Assembly (NCBI GenBank): GCA_000320545.1
Contig: ADNK01000697.1
Coordinates: 62,001 to 126,000 of the forward strand
Origin: Bigelowiella natans CCMP2755
Lineage: Eukaryota > Protista > Cercozoa
Direction: 5' to 3'
DNA length: 64,000 nucleotides
Numbering within the stretch: position 1 is the first letter of the stretch; each line of letters starts with the position of its first letter. The notes under the pieces were generated by a model. That model did no database searches. It saw only the letters and a program-made list of their open reading frames with translations, and was not told the origin of the DNA. Below are positions 14,971 through 27,852 of this stretch, piece by piece. The translations under genes and the position numbers were made by a program.

Positions 14971-15612
14971 CACACGCACACGCACAAAACACCAAGTTAA
15001 AAAATATAAAGCAGCTGTCACAAAAGAAAGTTTTAATGCAGAGGAATATAGAAGTTACCCGGCGGCGATTGCGTTGTGATTCTTTCCGTGATGACGATGT
15101 GCGGTCCACAAAAGATACTAATGAAGGCGTCGAAGGATTTTCACGGTTGCTAGTATATAGGTCGATAACACTTGATGCCAAAAGCCTGAATCTTCCCCCT
15201 CCTAGGTTTTTCCCAGGGATTTTCCTATTTAGCTGGCCGGGGTGCTGCATAGTTCGAATGAGTGTGGAAGAAGCGACGCTGACACTGGTGTATTCAGCGG
15301 TTATCGTGGCCATAAAAGAAGCTAAAATCACGACCCCAGCGATGATAGGGAGAACGCATCCTGAGGATTTATCAAAATCATTGCTCAAATTGCATTTAGA
15401 GGCTGCGGTGTAGCAGGCTGCCACGCGACCGCACACTAAAGAGAAGGAAGATGGCTATCATACACAACGATAGAAGTGCTGTAGAACGAATAAAGCAGTA
15501 TTAGATATTTTGTACTTGCAAAACGGGATCGTCTGATGAGCGCTGGGAGGCTTCGAAGAAGCACAGGGCGGTTGGGTTTCAGAGGGGGTGGTGCAACGTT
15601 GGATGCCTCCAT
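8209..15612 (-). CDS. Ankyrin-repeat protein with a putative signal + transit (bipartite) leader; many small exons
   Basis: Exon peptides IIDLLVEMGANVNY (~13790-13830), RKDDFSLTPLAHAVVK (~13560-13605) and FAELLLDLGLDPYAG (~12247-12290) are ankyrin-like. The N-terminus has a hydrophobic stretch (VLPIIAGVVILASFMATITA) followed by an S/R-rich segment. The last exon ends ...NMFDYMSLHE*. That all exons belong to one gene is inferred. Confidence 0.55.
13432..13492. repeat. Perfect 27-bp tandem duplication in an intron
   Basis: gctgatgatgatgattactctaactta occurs twice, followed by gctgatg. Confidence 0.9.
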
Positions 15613-15774
15613 GCTCCCCTCAGCCCAAAAGTAGATAGACACAGCTGACAAATATTAACCGAATAAATATCTATTTTAAATAAATCGTTTGTTCGTTTCC
15701 GAAGAGAAAGATTGGTTCCGTTGATAACTCCAGTTACATGAAGAATGATGAGATATTTCATGCGTAAATTTGTA

Positions 15775-15938
15775 ACGGAATGGAACTCAGAACGGAACAA
15801 GCAATTGCCCTCCGATGGAGGTGTCAAAAGCAAACCTTGATGAGAATGAACAGTGATCATGATGTTCCCCGACTAGCCGAGTGCCTTGCGTTTCTGTGTC
15901 CCCTCCTTTTCAAATTGTTTCAGTGCAATGGTGATGAT

Positions 15939-15975
<37 letters not shown>

Positions 15976-16700
15976 AGCCATTTCAACAGCTAGGCCTGCA
16001 CACATTGATTTTTTGTGGATCAAATGGGACGTTTGTTGCCAATCAGTTGCCGTTTCCTGAATTCCACATCCAGGAGCTGCGCACGCATGCATGCTGTGCA
16101 CCGATTGCGTGCGCTGCCTCAACAAAAACGCCTGGTGCATGCGATTTGAGCCGCTAGATCGATGGCACCCTGCGTGTGCGTGGTGGGCGTCCAATGTTTC
16201 ATCATTGTGTTGCTCATCACATGATTGCTTGTGCTGCAGTGCCCAATCTCTGTGTCATTTGTGCAGCAAGCACAACACACTGGTTGTGACATAATAGACA
16301 CAGCAATACACTATATATAATATATATATTGTGTATTGCATGTCTAGTGTATTGCATGTCTATCATTGACAATCTGTGTCATTTGTGCAACGATGCGCAG
16401 CCAATTTAGCAATGCTAGCAATGAGGTGCTTTGCTCGGCGCAATCAATGATGCTGCACGACTGACGTGCTAGCCTGCTAGCCTGCTGGTGGCGTGCATGG
16501 CCTTTGTTTTGCGCATGCATGCACATGCATGTGCGCACGCACGAATCTAGCGAATGCCGCGGCCATGCAACACAAGTGGTGCATGATTTTAGGATAATAA
16601 TTAGGACTACACAATGAGCGTACACGGCTAGACGGAGTGCACACAAGCATGCATAAATTGACGCATCATGTCAATTACATGAGTTTAACTAAGAGAAAAT
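15775..16700. other. Strongly TpA-depleted tract downstream of the PAP gene
   Basis: Hand count for 15775-16291 (~517 bp): only 3 TA dinucleotides, all in CTAG. Confidence 0.85.
16249..16389. mobile_element. ~107-bp hairpin-like insertion flanked by a 17-bp direct repeat
   Basis: tctgtgtcatttgtgca at 16249-16265 and 16373-16389. The interior has imperfect inverted arms (tagacacagcaatacac / gtgtattgcatgtcta) around a (TA)n core. Confidence 0.4.
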
Positions 16701-16816
16701 TGCGATTTGTGCTCTTTTGTGTTTCTCATCACTTCATCATTGATGGCACTGTATAAGGGTAGTTATCAGCCTCCACGATTTCCTTTGCTGCTAATGTTCA
16801 TTGCTATCTAAGAGTA

Positions 16817-18688
16817 TCACATTTCGCCTGAGACTTGCTCAAGTTCCTCTTCCTTTTCGTCAAAATAGCTGTCTATAATCTCACGATCCTTTATCCTATT
16901 CATCCCAGACTTGCTGTAGCCAAAATAAAAATATCCTGGACGAGAATAAGAGAGATAGAGAGATAGGAACACAAAGACAGCGCAACAGATTAGAGAGAGA
17001 AGCGAAAAAACTTGGGGCAAAGTATTTATGGGAATGAATTTTGTTACCGATAAGAGTTCCGATCAGCAGCCCTCCAATTATTCCGCCAACCAAAGCCCAT
17101 ATACCACCATATTCCTCGTCACAGTGCTTAGAACCACCCCCGTTGCTTGGCGTAGGAGCAGCGGAAGTTGGAGCGGCAGTCGGCATCGGAGTGAGGGGTA
17201 CCTACATCAAAACCATCATTATGACGACGAAGAAGACGACGACGATGATGATACCGACGAAGATATTCAGAAAAGAAATCTAATTTTGAGATGCAACTGA
17301 AGTAAAGTAGAATCGTCGCACGGTACGTACCACTGGTTGCGAACACGATGGCACAGGACAAGCTGCCAACCGATTGGTTGGTCGCACTATCCACGTGATG
17401 TCAGTACCCACAGATGCATTGTGGGAGTTGTCTGTTCCATCATAGTTTATGGTACTGCAGTCTGCACCGTCTAGATTTTCGTGATTCTCTGTCTTGTTAG
17501 TATTCTGGCATCCTACGCGCGTGTGGTTATAGCTGGGAGAAAATGAGATGGAGATAGAGCAGAAGATGAAGCAAAATAAGCAGGCAGAATTGCAACCCAT
17601 GGTGATGATGATGGTGGTGGTGTGGTGATGGTAATGGGCGGTGGTTGTAGTGTGGTGGTGATATGAGGAAACAATTGACCAGCGATTAATAATATGCTCT
17701 TGTGGTGTTATCTATGGTTTTATGAACAGTAATAAATAGCTACTACAATGCGTGCGTAGCGTTCTGGATGGTCAGGATAGCAGGTCCAAACGTCGAGGCA
17801 CGGAATGCTGAGTAGAACGGCTTTGGAAAAAGCCATGGGAGGTACGCTCCTTCTCGATTGCCGCCATTTCCCAAGTTCAAATATGTGGGGCCGCACGGTG
17901 TCCGACACCCTTCGTACACCTGAAAAGCCGTCGATCATAATGGGAAAAAGAGTTCTCTTGCAGTATTTTCGGTAAGGTTCACCGCAAGCATTACCGGTAG
18001 TATTCGCTCGTAAGCATGCACGTGGCCGTTGAGAACGATATCTACACCATGATTTACCAACAAAGGTTCCATAGCAACCCTCATCAGCTCAGACTCCGCA
18101 CGATGACCGCTATTTGAGTTATACCACGGAGCCTGATCACAAGATTTGAGAGGAGGAGGAGGAGGAGGTATAGAGTAAAGGCATGTTAAACTGATTTTCC
18201 TCTAAGATAGACATAATATGACCATCTGGTCACCATCACCATCATGCCTATAACCATCATATAATCATTGACTATCACTGCTCATCATCGTGCGTCTTTT
18301 TCGTCCAGCAAAGTTCTGTGGCTGGCCTACATGCATCATGACGATGATCCATGGAGTATTCGTCCGATCGACTTGAGCAAGATCTTGTTGAAGCCATTCG
18401 TACTGCAAACTACCGGGTGCTGTTTGAGCATAGGAGCACAAGCCGATAAGGTGCATCGGTCCGACATCACGCGACCACCAGAGATTCGAGAGAGATCCGC
18501 TTTGAACATACGGCATGGGATACCGAGCATTGTATGAGACCCAAGCTTCACCATCGCCATACCTTCGTTGTTGTCGATCAGTCAGTAATGGTAGAAGCAG
18601 GATCTTTGTAGAGCAGATGGTGGATTTGGGAGTGTAGTGCACATGGGTGTAAGATTCTAACAAAATATTCAACGAGAAACGGTGTTGC

Positions 18689-18726
<38 letters not shown>

Positions 18727-19920
18727 ATCCTATTGTTTTTCTTCTGGCCCTCCTACTGTTTTTCTTCTCACTCGTGATTTCCCCCAACAGTCATAATGGG
18801 AAATTGTGCTGCTATACGCTCCATGAAACGTCCCCACGAGTCCCATCTCGGGTAGTATCCGTCAGCATATGATAAGTCACCGGAAAGAAGCATAATCGCC
18901 CCCACCCCTTGATTCACGGACTCCTCCAATCGCTCTTGGAGCAGAGAAACGGTCTGATGGGATATATCCGTCTGGCCAAGATCCGCGGTCAAGCCAACCT
19001 ACTCGAAGGAGAATGCCAAGAGAAGAAACGGACAAAGGTGCCATTGGATAATCAGCGCAACACAAACTTCATCCTAAAGCACCTATGAAACACTGCAGAA
19101 AACAAACTAAACGACCCGTCTTCTTTCTTATACCGTGAAAGGATACACTGAAGCTGAACCATCGGCGTTTGGAGGCATTAAGAAAGTGAAGTTGCGGTTG
19201 TCGTTTGCGACTTGGTAGGTGTACGAGGTTCCCGCTGTGAGTCCAGAAAGAGTTACGGTGTGGATCACGGGGCTGGTGTAGATCATCTGTGGGTTGTTAT
19301 AAGCTCCAATGCCAAACTCCACCTTGCTGGGATTATCATAGCTCGCGCCGCGTCCGTATCTGCAATTGCATAAAATTTAGCATTATTGTTCGAGGAACAC
19401 GGGACTGGTTGGTATTCAAGATGATCTCGTAACTATTGTGAAGCCTTCAGAAAATCAACTATTCCTAGGCAGCAATTACGGGGAAAAAGGTGCTCGCAAG
19501 GCCCAACTGGTGGTGTTCTCTAGATCCAGGATGTGGTCGGTCGAAGCTCCAGGAACACCCATAGTTGGATCTATGAGCTCGCTGGACACCCACATCAGCT
19601 GTGAATAGGCTCCTGCACTCCCATTCACGACTGTCTTCTGTGTAGCCGTGGAAGCTTCCCAGTAAGTCACCTGAGATCATTCCTCTGCGATTATGTTGGC
19701 AGTGCAAGTAGCAGAAGGTTGGGCTAACCTGGCTCTTGGTTGAAGTGTTGTGGCTGATATACACGACGACCATTTGTCCCGGACCACCCAGTTGCAGGTG
19801 GACCTGCTCCGAACATGGCGGTTTGTCGCATAAGTTGTTTGGGCCAGGGATGATGTGGGAGGAACACAGGGACGGAGAGGCTAGAAGGAGAAGCAGAATC
19901 ATCGGAACTGAGACCGACAT
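16817..19920 (-). CDS. Purple acid phosphatase: signal peptide, FN3-like N-domain, metallophosphoesterase domain, C-terminal TM anchor
   Basis: All five metal-ligand motifs are present across exons: ADLG, GDLSY, GNHE, VMMH, GHVHAYE. Also EQVHL, YTSPVIH, PWYNSN and GNGGNREG. N-terminus [19 protein letters not shown]; C-terminal [20 protein letters not shown]. Confidence 0.92.
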
Positions 19921-20353
19921 TGTGTTAAATCCTAACACAATGTACATGCAGCAATCATGCATCATCCCTTCCTCTACGCTGCTATCCTTTAGTAAGGTGC
20001 GACAACGTTTTTGGGTTGTATTACCCACAGAATGACCGTCTTTTGGGGGTTTGTTCGGTTCTATTTTATGTCTTCTAGCATCTCATAGATCTAATTCCAT
20101 CATCTCGGAGATTCTTGAAGTACCTTCCTACCCGCAGTTCTCACCGCCACCACCCCCTCCCTCCGCCTATCGGCTCCGGGTACAAGAAAATATATACTAT
20201 ATGTAAAATCTGGATCAAATATTTATTTGTTGGTGGTGCTTCAATTTGCTTTACGTTAATTTAGAATCCCTCTTTTGAACCACATCGGGTGCCTCCCACC
20301 TGACGACTACCCGCCCCTTTTCTCACCCTGTCAGGAAGGAAACATCTTTATTT
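19921..20353. promoter_or_regulatory. Putative bidirectional promoter (PAP / MFS head-to-head)
   Basis: Divergent gene starts about 430 bp apart. Inferred from gene orientation only. Confidence 0.4.
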
Positions 20354-20662
20354 ATGAATAATGGGCAGGTCTGCATCTCGTGTTATTTGTTCCCCCTTCT
20401 CTCTTAAACGCAAGAAAACCTGCCTAATGAGAGCGTAGAGCCACCTACTCAGAAATGCTCATTCTGTGCCTCCTCCTCTGCGAAATACACCCTACTAGGC
20501 AGAAAACGATAGCCGGAGGAGAAAGAATGATGTGGACATTGACATGGACATGAACGATAATATCGACCCCCCCCCTATTTGTGTGCGGCGTCTTTCGTCT
20601 GAAAGGCGAAAACGCGCCAGGTAGCTACGTGCTTGGGATTTCGTTCTTCCCATCGAATCTAC

Positions 20663-20696
<34 letters not shown>

Positions 20697-20729
20697 CGTT
20701 GATGATGATGATGTTAAAAATCAGATAAT

Positions 20730-20779
<50 letters not shown>

Positions 20780-20950
20780 AATAATGTAATCACAATTTAG
20801 TGGTACATTTGAACTCACGGAGATAACAATTTCGCAGGTTTCTACGTCAGCGTTGGATTGTGTTGGCGCTGATATGTGTGATCCCCCTTGGCTCTCATTT
20901 CGTGCGGAAAGAGCTAGGCCCGCTTAAGACGGTGAGGAGAGAGAGGAAGA

Positions 20951-20996
<46 letters not shown>

Positions 20997-21068
20997 TACG
21001 TAATGAGCCTCTTCTTGACAGATTATCGCTGAGAGCAACATACCTATCATACTTATCGCTATTATTAC

Positions 21069-21105
<37 letters not shown>

Positions 21106-22189
21106 ACTTTAGGCAATGCTTGCCGACTCTCGTTTGGGGTTGGATAATACCCGGTTTGCCATGCTGTTGTCCGCAACAGCGCTCCCCAACCTCCTAGTTC
21201 CTGTCTTCGGTGGTGCATTACTCGACATTAGGGGGAGTCGATGGGGGACGATGCTCTTTGTAGTCGTTACTCTGTTGGGACAAATAGCCTTCGCTTCGTC
21301 AGTCCACCTCCAGTGGTTTCTTGGCGCTGTACTTTCCCAGGTGATAGGTGGAGATCATGATCATGCTCGTGTTCGCAACATTGCACATCCATGTCGTACG
21401 GAAACGAGGCTCGGTTCACTTGATCAATCTACTTTATTTACAAATCGCCAGACGAAACAGCAAGTTGTTTTATTCATAATCGGCGTGGTTAAATTTTGTG
21501 TGTATCATGATATCTACAGATATTGGTGGGGGTGGGCGCTGGCAGCACGGTCGTTAGTCAGGCTGCCATATCATCAGAATACTTCCAAGCCACGGAAATG
21601 GGACTTGCAGTCGGTAAGCAGCCTGTGCGAGAAAATAAACATTATATTTCATATAGTACACATCAGCGTTTTCGTCTCCTAATAACATACTTCAAACACA
21701 AGAGACTGGCTCAGTACCAATGATTATGGGGAGAAACATAACCATTAGCAGAAAAAGGAGGAGGAGGAGGAGAAGAAGAAGAAGGGGACTGATGCTGTTG
21801 GTTCCTGCTGCTTACAATAATACTAATAATAATAGGCATTATGGAGAGCGTGCACAACCTGTCAAATTGGATGGGGCAGGCAATGCCCGCAGAGATTATG
21901 CAGTTTTTCGGTGGAAATTATGTATCAAGTCTGTGGTTTGGCGCATTGGCTTGCGCTGTATCGCTCATCGCTGGAATTCTCTACGTTAAAACGGGTTATT
22001 TAAGCTTAATAATGCCTTAAAGTGTTCTCCGTGTGTTAGTTAGGCTTATATTAATAAGCCTTAAAAGATGCTCTCAGTATCCCCCCCCAAACACCAGCCT
22101 CAGTTGTTCTTCTTCTACAATGAGATAACTCATTCGAGATGATGAATGAGGAAACAGCTTTTCAGACTGTGTTGTCCATAACAGTAGTT

Positions 22190-22222
<33 letters not shown>

Positions 22223-22480
22223 TTCCGTCTCTTTTCCCCCTCATGGTCATTCTCTCATTTCCTTTCTTCTTCTCTCATCATGCGTATGAATATGTAGACA
22301 TAAATGCTGAGGAAGAGACCGATAGAATTCGGCCGGTGATTTCTACCCCCCCCCTTCTTTCCACACATCATCACCCACTCACAAAGTTATTCGCACTCGT
22401 ATCTTATTGGCTAATTATATGTAGTGTGTGGGTATGGGCGTTGATCATAGTAATCACAAAATGCACACTTACTCAGCTGC

Positions 22481-22539
<59 letters not shown>

Positions 22540-23639
22540 TGTTGTCAATTAGATGGAAGATTGCACTAAGAAAGATCGCCACGTAGTCTTGTGGAAAAAT
22601 GTGACAAACATAACGAAGGTGAAAAGACTAGTTTTACCTTTAACTTGTAGCAGGAGAACACCGATGTTAAGAGAGGCACGGAGAGAAAAAGTCTCATTTT
22701 TGTCTTTAAGAAACCGTTCAAATATCCAATTTACTCACACAGCTCCCGAAGATGTTCTTCGGACTTACGTTCCTCCATATGCTGCTCTCCACCGCCCACG
22801 AGTCTTTCGATAACATCTCCGCAAATCTGATAACGGTGACTGAGAGAGAGAGAGTGTGTGGTAGATGCTGCGGTAGGTGTGCTGCCATCTATCTCTTTTG
22901 AATGGGTGATGCAGGAAGACGATGATGCCTAATAGAACTAAAATAAGTGCGAGTTTGTGATTGAAATAAGTGTACTCTTATCAGGTACGATACGGGGCAT
23001 CGGCCGTAGATGCGGGCCTGCTTGCTAGCATTGATAACGTATTCGGATTGCTTTTAGGTTATTATTTGTCGGGTTCATTATAACACAAACTAACTAATGC
23101 CAACTACAACAACATCAACAAGAATACCCACGGAAAACTCTCTAAAACACCAGAATGCAATAATACCGTTGCACCAAACCACACTCTCTGCTGCTGCTGC
23201 TGTTTAATGGTGGCGTTAATGAATGGTTTTCCTACCTACAGCTCCCTTCGTCGGTATTCTACTTGATCGTCTGGGCTATCGGCTCTATTTTCTGTCTGCC
23301 ATGGCGTTGTTGCTAGCATGCGCTCAAGCATTGCTAGCGTTTGGCTGGCACCAGCTGCAAGGGCCTTTGCTGCCGCTCATCATTCTCGGATTCGTCAATT
23401 CGTCGGTATGTAGTCATCTACAAAGGAAAATTAATGGAGACTCCTCCTCCTCCTCCTCCCCCTCCTCCTCTTCCTCCTCCCATATTTCTATGTATGCACA
23501 CTGCCTCTGCTGTATTTAGTATTAGGCCATCATAATAGATTGAGTTTATTTGTACTTAACAGAAACATCGTCACCCCATGTTCATTCTAACACAGTCAGT
23601 ACCAAAACATATAGAGATGGCATAACGCACACCCACACA

Positions 23640-23682
<43 letters not shown>

Positions 23683-24521
23683 AGGTCCCTACAATACTGC
23701 GATCGAGCGTTCCATTGATTGTCGATCCGATAGGTAATATTAGGGTGGGATAGAGGTGTGAGGGATGATGCTTGTAAGGGATACGATACGTCGTTTATCG
23801 GTATGTGCGCGCGCGAGAGAGAGTGTGTATGTGTCTTCGGGTGTTTCATTTCTAAAATATACAAAGTAAAATTGATATGACATGTCCTTTACAAATAATA
23901 CTAGAATGGGGCATTGCATTCGGCGTGTTTGAGGCGTCTGAAGCAATGGGATCAACCGTGGGAAATTTGCTTGCTGGTGTCCTCCGCGACTGGGTAATAC
24001 AATCATCACCTTTGAGCACGTGCCTATCACTATAGTGGACTCGCCTGATTCTCATAAAAACATATTGTTGTTTTGTGTGCTCGAAAAAATCAACCCATCG
24101 AGATAGATTTCAAAGTAGTATCACTTAGACAGGATATTGCAGATTTACCGTTGTATCTTTGTTGTCTGGTTGTTGTGTTAGACCGCCACATACGCCTTGG
24201 TCAATGTTGGTTTCATGTGCTTTGGAATCGTGTGTTTCGCTGTGTCGCTGGTAATCTTGTCTCAAAGTCTCTCCTCATGTGAATGTATTTTACCTCCTAA
24301 GCTGCTCTGCAATTTTGTTGTAGCTGCTACTCCATCGTTCTCCCAATTACTCTTGTTTTCTTCAGGCAATGGCTATGTCGAGATCGGAAGAAGCACAACG
24401 CCTTTTAAAGCCATTGGCCTCAGAGGGTTACTGCAATTCTTCCCCTGAATCGGAAAGTCCCGGGGGTCGTACGAGTGCAAAGAACACAAATTACGGGTCA
24501 TTTGGTGAGGGGAAAAGTTGA
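20354..24521 (+). CDS. Major facilitator superfamily transporter, MFSD1-like (start approximate)
   Basis: Exon peptides RQRWIVLALICVIPLGSHF, FAMLLSATALPNLLVPVFGGALLDIRGSRWG, LVGVGAGSTVVSQAAISSEYF, APFVGILLDRLGYRLY and GIAFGVFEASEAMG. The last exon ends ...YGSFGEGKS* and contains EAQRLL. Confidence 0.85.
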
Positions 24522-24549
24522 AGAGGTTTAGATTCAGATAGAATAATAC

Positions 24550-25370
24550 CATCGTGCACGTGACATGTTCACACACTAAATGCGACTTCCTACTACCTAG
24601 CAGATAGAGCTGGTGTATGCAGCGAATGAACTTATGATTGTCAATACAGTGAGCACTTTGCACAATAATTTCGAATGGTATAATGGCGCACAATCTACGC
24701 AAATATCTACATAGCTGCGAGGTGGTTTACTTGTCATTTGCACGTAGCGTGCAACCTGCTATGCGCGCGCACCCACATCATCACATGCAAGTACACATGT
24801 ACATAGATGCACAGTCCACCTAGCTGACAATGCGTTGTTTTGTCGTCTTGCAGCTACCACCACACGGCGCGCTCTAGCGCTATACGCGCACATTGTCTCG
24901 TGTCGCAGTCGCATGTCTAGACGTGTGCACATACATGTATGTACGTGCAACAGTGCGCACACGTGAACTCTGCACAACTAGCTACATCGTGTTTGCATCT
25001 AGGCATGTGCACAGCAATGTGACACCATGCCATCATTCAGAAAAGAAGAAAGTGCATGTTGCATGCCCAGTAGTTTTCAGCAGCGTACGTTGAAACCCTC
25101 CTCTTATAAACACTATACATGCAGGCAGCGATCGACGACCCACATTGTGCTCACGGCACCATATCACTACTAGACTAGTCGATCGTGGCATCAAATATCA
25201 ATGCACGACACCTCCGATTCGGCCATGTGCAGCCTCGATGCTATGCCATGACTTGCAGCTTTTGCAAATGCACCACACTAAATCTGTAACAGGTTTTGCT
25301 GCCGCCAAGCATGCAGCGAACGCTACTACACACCTGTATGGAATGCAAAGCTCATCACAAGTTCGCTTTG
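24550..25370. other. TG/CA-rich, TpA-reduced intergenic tract (convergent gap)
   Basis: Dense tgca/catg/gcac/ctag motifs between two stop codons (24521 on +, 25374 on -). Confidence 0.65.
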
Positions 25371-25373
25371 TAG

Positions 25374-26256
25374 TCATCCGTGGATTTGTGCACAGTCATC
25401 AACTTTGAAGCAAATTCCGTGGTGTTCTTTGGTCTCTGCACAACACTTCGACCCAGCTGCACATTCCGGATTGCAGGTGGCATCGACGAAGGGTTGCTGG
25501 CCAGGAGAAATTGTGCAGTTTGTTCCTACGTGCGAAAGGGTTTATGTCAGATTCGAATATGAAATATAGCTCGATCACATGATGAATAACGCATGCATGA
25601 TTTGTATGACTTTGCTGAACAGGAGGTGTGTATTTCTTGTTCAGGGAGAGAGTCTGTTGTAAATGAAAGAATTTCAAAACTGGACGTTTACCGGGAGCAG
25701 GACGGAAAGCAGATTTAGGAGGATTTGGGTTATATCCAGTTGCAGAGAAGTAGTCGTGGTAAGCTTTTGTTGTCCTGGCAAGTAAGCAACAAACATTAAA
25801 AATACTGTGGTCCCTTGGTCTCACGGGAGTACAAAACAGGAGAAGGTCGTTAGTATTAAATTTGACTTGAAACACGAAATAACTTTCCGTGAAAAATTGT
25901 GTCGGCAACTTCTTTCGTTTCTTTTCATTTAATTATTAATTGTTTTTTCAGAATCCTGGCTCACTAACATTGGATAGCCTTTCTGTTGCTTTATTTGGCA
26001 CTCCCCTCGAACGAGCTGGTTATCCCCATTCACGTACCTATTTCCAGATGCAAAGAGAACAGGGTCAAAATATACGCGGAGGGGAGGAAAAAGGTGGCTT
26101 TTGCTGATCAACGAACTGAAAAAGAGAACCAATACATATCCTCGGCCGGTTGCACCATGGGACCCTGTGTTCACAGACAAAATGGTGTAAAAAACCAATG
26201 TAGTTCCACACAAAAAGTTGCTCCCTCCAAATAATGCGAGATTACATTTGATTCTA

Positions 26257-26309
<53 letters not shown>

Positions 26310-27420
26310 CTTGCTTATTGGTGTACCGATTTCTTGAATTCTCGGTGGTGCGTCCAAACATCGACGGTCTCCCCATCAACGACTGCAGTACCATTCTGAG
26401 CAAAAATTCATCGTAACAAAACGGGGATTTAGTCGTGCCCGTATCGGACATATTCATGGCTAAAATTTTATCGAAAGAGTGATATTTTATTACGGAATCT
26501 ACACTACCTTTGTGGCGTTGGCGTCGATGAGAATCATTGTGAAAGGCATGCCTTCAGATCCGGTAGTTCGCACCGAAGTTGCCAAAGGGCATAGGCATAA
26601 ATTAAAAACAAAGACATTCAATGTTACTGTTTGTCAAATGTCGATCAAAAGCAAATTATTGGAAATACACCTACTTTTAGTTGGGTCGGGTGAGCCGCCT
26701 GTTGATGAACAACGGGTAAGTATCGTGGAGCTTATAAGGCAAATCTACGAAAGCTATTCCAACTTTAGTACCTTTGATAGTGCAAGTGCCATCAGTTTGC
26801 ACCTATTTTTTTCCAATAGCAAATCGATTGTGTTAATACTATAGAGTTCTGCATAGTAAGCGGACGACCATAAAAGGGACGAAAGACATACAACTGACAT
26901 TTGAATTACTATTACGTACCTCGTAAATGTGTGTCCCGTTAAAGTAAAAACTAGGTTTTCCAGCGGCGGTATTGGCCTGGTTCAGATGGGAAAAATTTCT
27001 ATTCCTAAGTGCGTACATGCCGAGGAATATCTCCAGCGAATACTAACGAATGTCAACATGCATCCATGTCCTATACTCGTACAAGACGTAAGTGTTTACA
27101 ATGTCGCACCCATGACTTGGCTTGAAGATCAATGCAAAGTGTATAGTTGAGCTGCTGGGAGGGCGTTGTGCTCTGGAGTCAAACACATTTCTCTCATGGC
27201 GGAAACTTTAAGTGTGCATGCACACTATGTTGAAAGTGACAATTGGTTGTACCCCATTGACAAAGAGCGAATCGACCATCTCCGTGCAGAATCGGCTGTT
27301 CACCACAGGAACATCTGCCAAGCCCTTAAATTCAGGAAAGCCTTGATGCCCATCACCAAAGCCCTCTAGTAGCATGGGATGTGCTGTGGTTAATGCAACG
27401 GCGAGAATGAGGTTCAGCAT
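25374..27420 (-). CDS. Secreted protein, ependymin/EPDR-like region plus a C-terminal Cys-rich module; many short exons
   Basis: Signal peptide MLNLILAVALTTA. GT-AG exons give FYFNGTHIYE, QTDGTCTIKG, NGTAVVDGETVDVWTH and YHDYFSATGYNPNPPKSAFRPAP, then GTNC...TCNPECAAGSKCCAETKEHHGICFKVDDCAQIHG*. The family call is by motif resemblance only. Confidence 0.55.
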
Positions 27421-27580
27421 TGAGAGTCCTTAGCTTGGGGTTCTCTGCGCCTTGTCGTGTAATCAGCGTTTCGATTTTGCTGCTAACGTCGAAACGCCAA
27501 TTTACCAGTCTCTCTCTCTCTCTCTCTTTCTCCAGAGATCCCCGTGAGATCCTACTATTTTTAGGTAAAAATGTGCTACT

Positions 27581-27808
27581 TGAGACCTGAGTTCATGATG
27601 TGCATCCTAGCAATGCAAAGCTGGAAGGTGCACGCAACATTGGTGCCAACTTGAAAAACCTGCTAGTTCATTGGTCACAGTCCTCACTGAAGCTAGTTCG
27701 AGGCACTGCGTTTCGCACACTGCAAATGTCTTGCAACGTTTTGGAAATGTAATTCATCATCGTTGTTCATTGTTCATTGGAAGTGTGCAGTTCTGGAGTT
27801 CTTCATCA

Positions 27809-27852
<44 letters not shown>

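Noticed and set aside
15780-16646. Cys/His-rich ORFs in intergenic tracts (also 24.7-25.4, 27.7-28.5, 56.9-57.2 and 62.5-63.1 kb) as metal-binding proteins
   Set aside because: They are a by-product of TA loss: stop and Tyr codons are removed and TGY/CAY codons gained. They are open in several frames on both strands.
26479-27369. Plus-strand ORFs 26479-26844, 26929-27150 and 27166-27369 as a viral or TE insert
   Set aside because: They are antisense shadows of a spliced minus-strand gene with a signal peptide and GT-AG introns.
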